DNA of 64,000 bases from Cyanophora paradoxa CCMP329 (lineage: Eukaryota > Plantae > Glaucophyta), in contig QPMI01000423.1 of the NCBI GenBank assembly GCA_004431415.1, positions 124,001 to 188,000 on the forward strand, read 5' to 3'. The translations under genes were made by a program, and so were the position numbers. This document shows positions 60,386 to 64,000 of the stretch, one piece after another (position 1 is the first letter of the stretch; every line of letters begins with the position of its first letter). The notes beneath the pieces were generated by a model. It made no database searches, was not told the origin of the DNA, and was given only the letters and a program-made list of their open reading frames with translations.

Positions 60386-61168
60386 ATGGATGATGTCCCC
60401 GAATTTAACGCTGGCGAAATGATAAAACCACCTTTTCGTGTCTTAGCAATTGGAAAATCGGGAACTGGGAAGAGTGAGGCGGTGAAGTATTGGCTAAAAC
60501 AGTTACATGATCAAAAAAAGTTAGATGTCGTTTTAGTTGTAAGTGGAACCGCATTTAATCATTTCTGGAATAATGTAGCTACTATACAGCTCGGTAAATG
60601 GGATGCGCCTTACATCGCTAAACTTCTCGATGAAAGACAAGAGAAAATAGAGAAAGGAGAACCTGTTAACCAATTGTGTGTAGTTCTCGATGATCTTATA
60701 GATAATGAGTTAGTCGACCTTACCCGTGACAAAATAATTGGTTCTCTTTATTCAAGGGGGAGGCATTCCCAAATTTCGATAATTTGCATAACTCAGAAAC
60801 TGCGTAAGGTTTCTTCCACTATTCGCGTTAATTCAGATTATGCAATGTTTCTTAGCGCCGCTAATCGAAAAGAACTCGAAGCAATTGAGGAAGAATACAA
60901 TATAATAAGAGATAAAGACGCTTTCTATAAGATGTTTGAGGAATACGTTCATTCATATCAGTTTCTCATTTGGTCATCCGCTGATTATTCGGTAAAGTAT
61001 TATGTAGATAAAGCGGATCTCGTTAAAAACTTTGGATTTCCGCGGTTCCATCGGAAGCCTAAAAAGAAAGAAGACGAATTAAAACCGCCCGAGAAGGAGG
61101 AAGCGCCAAAAGAGATTAAAAGCGCTATTCATACGAATAAATTGATGCGATATAAGAGAGGACTTTAA
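60386..61168 (+). CDS. A32-like (FtsK/HerA family) genome-packaging ATPase
   Basis: Walker A GKSGTGKS, Walker B VVLDD, RGRH, ITQ, IRVNSDY. Confidence 0.93.
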   Translation: MDDVPEFNAGEMIKPPFRVLAIGKSGTGKSEAVKYWLKQLHDQKKLDVVLVVSGTAFNHFWNNVATIQLGKWDAPYIAKLLDERQEKIEKGEPVNQLCVVLDDLIDNELVDLTRDKIIGSLYSRGRHSQISIICITQKLRKVSSTIRVNSDYAMFLSAANRKELEAIEEEYNIIRDKDAFYKMFEEYVHSYQFLIWSSADYSVKYYVDKADLVKNFGFPRFHRKPKKKEDELKPPEKEEAPKEIKSAIHTNKLMRYKRGL

Positions 61169-61196
61169 AAATATCTTCCATATAATTAAAGATACA

Positions 61197-61928
61197 ATGC
61201 CGCCAAAACGTAAAGTAGGTGTCCCCGCTGGGGCTATTTCATATTCCGGTGGTGAAAGTTACGGATCTCTCAATACTACACCTATGAAATTCGACGGAGT
61301 TAATCAAGTGAAACCATCGCAACCGGAAGAAGATCCCTTAAACGCCGCTTATGAAGAATCGCCGGCGGACAAAGCACCGCAAGCATCGACAAGTGAAACA
61401 CTCAATGTATCACCGGATGCATCGAAGATGAAGGCGGTCGGTGAGGGTGCGCGTCGTATTATCGGTGCCGCCGATGATCGCGGTCTTGGTCTACAAGATC
61501 TTGCACTTGCTCGTAAAGGTCAAGGTGTTTCGAAAGAATCGGACAAGGTTATACAATCGATGGCGGGAGAAGTAACTTATAAAGTCGCTCCGACTCAAAA
61601 CGTCCACCGAATGCCAAAGGCTGAATGGGACACAATGACCGCTAAACTACGCGATCTCGAAGCTAAGTCAAGTGCGCTAGAACAGTATGTTATGGAGAAG
61701 AAAGAACGCGCTAAAATGAAGGAAATGTTACGTAAAGAGGTTTTCCGTATGGGAATTACGGGACTTCCTGATACTCAATTTATTCGGAAGAAAGAGACAC
61801 AAATAGATGAGCAAGCGGTGGATGAAATGAATACCAAAAAGAAGGGAACCATAGAGCCTGGCGCTACCAAAGCGGAAGTAGAGAAAGCCGTAGCACCCAC
61901 AGTATACAAGCGGAGAGTTTGGCTTTAA
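61197..61928 (+). CDS. Viral hypothetical protein (243 aa, coiled-coil C-terminus)
   Basis: Tightly packed ATG ORF; begins MPPKRK (NLS-like or basic). Confidence 0.8.
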   Translation: MPPKRKVGVPAGAISYSGGESYGSLNTTPMKFDGVNQVKPSQPEEDPLNAAYEESPADKAPQASTSETLNVSPDASKMKAVGEGARRIIGAADDRGLGLQDLALARKGQGVSKESDKVIQSMAGEVTYKVAPTQNVHRMPKAEWDTMTAKLRDLEAKSSALEQYVMEKKERAKMKEMLRKEVFRMGITGLPDTQFIRKKETQIDEQAVDEMNTKKKGTIEPGATKAEVEKAVAPTVYKRRVWL

Positions 61929-61955
61929 ATATATCTGATTAATAAAGGATTCTCG

Positions 61956-62204
61956 ATGGACTTTCTCCAAAAGATCATAGAGATGTTTAACCTGCACATT
62001 GTAAGCAATTGTCACAGCGGATGCTGTGATACAACCGTAGAACTTGGTTTTTCAGATACCGAAGATAATGTAACGGAAGGTAGAGAGTCCCGGAGACATT
62101 CGGTAGATTCCACACATTCAGAACCCGCTACAAATGGTCGCCGTTTTTCGGTAGATCAAAGCGATGATTTACGAAGGCAAGCGTTTGATCATCGCGGTAA
62201 TTAA
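61956..62204 (+). CDS. Small viral protein with an SNCHSGCC motif
   Basis: 82-aa ATG ORF in the gene-dense run. Confidence 0.65.
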   Translation: MDFLQKIIEMFNLHIVSNCHSGCCDTTVELGFSDTEDNVTEGRESRRHSVDSTHSEPATNGRRFSVDQSDDLRRQAFDHRGN

Positions 62205-62228
62205 AATATTTGTAATAAGTATCGGAAA

Positions 62229-62354
62229 ATGCTCGAAGAAGTCTATAATATTATTTTAGCAAAACGTCAGATTTACGCCGTTGCATCTGCGATAGAAAAA
62301 CGTAGACAAGAGCTTGTCCGGTCGCCAAAAAATGACAACCCTAAAAGTATTTAA
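62229..62354 (+). CDS. Possible 41-aa viral microprotein
   Basis: Manual translation MLEEVYNIILAKRQIYAVASAIEKRRQELVRSPKNDNPKSI*; fills the intergenic gap; below the ORF-track cutoff. Confidence 0.35.
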   Translation: MLEEVYNIILAKRQIYAVASAIEKRRQELVRSPKNDNPKSI

Positions 62355-62406
62355 AGAAACAGCGATATTACAAACTGATAAAATATTTTCTGTGCTGAAA
62401 GTAAGA

Positions 62407-62682
62407 ATGGCTGCTATCGCCGATGATGTTAGCGTAATTGAATTCGAATTCGAAAGTGACAGCGATGAAATTGTTAACTCACCACCAAAGGTTAAACTTA
62501 ATCCTAAGAGTGCCGATGGGTTAAATTATCGAATCCGTGAAGTGCTGAGACTGCGAAAGAAGTATGAGGAAGATCCCGAATACCGTGAATTCAAAAAAAA
62601 GCAATCTTTGGAGAACTATTACCGTCGCAAAGAATTGGAAGGTATCCATAGTGCAAAGCGTGGACGTCCCCGCAAATACTGA
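62407..62682 (+). CDS. Small basic protein with a C-terminal AT-hook
   Basis: ATG 62407; ends KRGRPRKY; acidic N-terminus. Confidence 0.72.
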   Translation: MAAIADDVSVIEFEFESDSDEIVNSPPKVKLNPKSADGLNYRIREVLRLRKKYEEDPEYREFKKKQSLENYYRRKELEGIHSAKRGRPRKY

Positions 62683-62871
62683 AATGCCGCTATCGCCGCT
62701 GAAACATCATTACTTATTTTTCGAGCGGCTTACCGATGATAATCGGTAATCGCGTTACAGAATCCGGTTTTTTAGCATCGAGAAAAAAAGTGTAGGGCAT
62801 TTAAAGGTTAGGCGCCAAAAAATGATTAACAAGAAAAATTTTTATCTTTCTTAAAAGTAGAACGTGCCAAA

Positions 62872-64000
62872 ATGTTTAACTCAAAGGAACCTAACAACCT
62901 CCCGATTACTCTCATTGAGAAAGTCTCACGTCCCGCTGTTAAGTATCTCATCGATAATTTCGACAATTTGAAGTATCGCCCTAATGTCGATTCTGTCGCT
63001 ACCCTTACTATGCTCAAAAAGTATATGAATAGTATTCGCCCTAATGGAACTCTCGAAGCGAAATACCACCAATGCAAGCATAACACTGGACGCTATTTTA
63101 CAAACCTTTCGCACATCAAGAACAAAAAGCCGAGCCTACAAGGAATGGCGCGCGAATTCCGCCATACTCTCGCTCGTGATAACTATTACGACATTGATAT
63201 GAAAAATGCCCATCCTTCTCTGCTTGTTCAGTATTGCAAAATGAATAGCATTGAGTGCGATTTTCTGGCTGAGTATGTAAACGGACGTGACAAAATCATA
63301 GCTAACCTTCTCAAAAAATACCCTGATATCAACCGTGGAGACATTAAAGATGCTTTCCTTTCTGTGATCAATGGGGGCGGTGGTATTGACTGTCCGGAAA
63401 TCCAAAAAGAAATGGCGTTTAAGAAAATCAAACAGGAAATCGGAGGTATTCACTCTTCTATTGCAAGCCTCGATGAAAATAGCAAGTTTTACAGCATCTG
63501 CAAGCGTAAGAAACAATTCAATGTGTTGGGATCTACCGTTAATATGCTTCTTTGCGATCTCGAAAACAAATGCCTTATGGCTCTGTGTGAGTTCTTGGAA
63601 TCTGTCAAGGTGAAAGTAGGGGTGCTGGTCTTTGATGGATGTATGGTGGAAAAGACACCTGACCTGACCATAGAGAAGCTTAATGAAATTCTTGTAGATG
63701 CTGATAAGTATATTCTCAGTTCTACGGGATACAAAATAGGCTTACTTGTGAAACCTATGGACGAAGGCTTTGGGCTTCCCGATCTCGCAACTTTGGAAGC
63801 CAACGATTTCAAAATTTGCGTTACTGATGCTCACGCTGCGACCATATTCATTGAAGAAATCATTAAGAATGATGTCGTTAATTCAGATGGTCGCTTATTT
63901 GTGAAGACTGACGAGCATCTATGGACGGATGAAAAAGCAAGGGTCGACAACATGCTTTTGAATAGATGCCTCCGATCGAATATTTACCGATCTGATGATA
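62872..64000 (+). CDS. TVpol-type family A DNA polymerase/primase, probably fused to an SF3 helicase; 3' part outside the window
   Basis: Missing from the ORF track because it has no stop; manual translation gives TGRYF, SLQGMAREFRH, YYDIDMKNAHP (motif A), IKDAFLSVINGG (motif B), VLVFDG (motif C), KPM. Confidence 0.87.
   Translation, partial: MFNSKEPNNLPITLIEKVSRPAVKYLIDNFDNLKYRPNVDSVATLTMLKKYMNSIRPNGTLEAKYHQCKHNTGRYFTNLSHIKNKKPSLQGMAREFRHTLARDNYYDIDMKNAHPSLLVQYCKMNSIECDFLAEYVNGRDKIIANLLKKYPDINRGDIKDAFLSVINGGGGIDCPEIQKEMAFKKIKQEIGGIHSSIASLDENSKFYSICKRKKQFNVLGSTVNMLLCDLENKCLMALCEFLESVKVKVGVLVFDGCMVEKTPDLTIEKLNEILVDADKYILSSTGYKIGLLVKPMDEGFGLPDLATLEANDFKICVTDAHAATIFIEEIIKNDVVNSDGRLFVKTDEHLWTDEKARVDNMLLNRCLRSNIYRSDD

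Larger units (their letters stand above)
53744..64000. mobile_element. Endogenous Polinton-like virus (left part; continues beyond the window)
   Basis: Abrupt switch to AT-rich, gene-dense, intronless DNA; capsid, two pentons, A32 ATPase, TVpol-like polymerase; structured non-coding terminus. Confidence 0.93.

Noticed and set aside
53744-64000. Classical virophage, Maverick/Polinton or bacterial prophage
   Set aside because: No cysteine protease, pPolB or retroviral integrase is visible; the 466-aa capsid is short for virophages; there are no tailed-phage genes. The unseen right part could change this
1-64000. rRNA, tRNA, snRNA or spliced-leader genes in the tandem units
   Set aside because: No recognisable conserved motifs by eye; an Rfam/Infernal scan would be needed to exclude them

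Overview
This is GC-rich, repeat-dense eukaryotic DNA, most likely from a protist or alga, with no intact host gene that I can recognise. From left to right: decayed sequence (1-6.2 kb); a 5'-truncated non-LTR retrotransposon with a 14-bp target-site duplication (TSD) (6233-9477); alternately oriented 114-150-bp tandem repeats sharing one core motif (11.45-19.0 kb), interrupted by a second truncated LINE (14102-16407); and a satellite with ~1-1.5-kb units (19.8-49.75 kb). The satellite carries a full-length 10.7-kb LINE (ORF1 plus an APE-RT-RNase H-zinc finger ORF2, 19-bp TSD, no poly-A) and a 3.96-kb element with perfect terminal inverted repeats (TIRs) but no transposase, and it ends at a probable CACAGTG transposon end (49756). 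From ~53744 to the window edge lies an AT-rich endogenous Polinton-like virus with two divergent penton genes, a major capsid protein, a PD-(D/E)XK nuclease, an A32 packaging ATPase and a TVpol-type family A polymerase. Two signals stand out. First, a pervasive X-rc(X)-X 6-bp micro-palindrome insertion scar, provable between repeat copies, fits hairpin-mediated excision footprints of a 3-bp-TSD transposon. Second, the virus carries giant-virus-type AAAAATTGA early promoters and a structured, possibly invertible terminus. All protein calls come from motifs recognised by eye; no searches were run.
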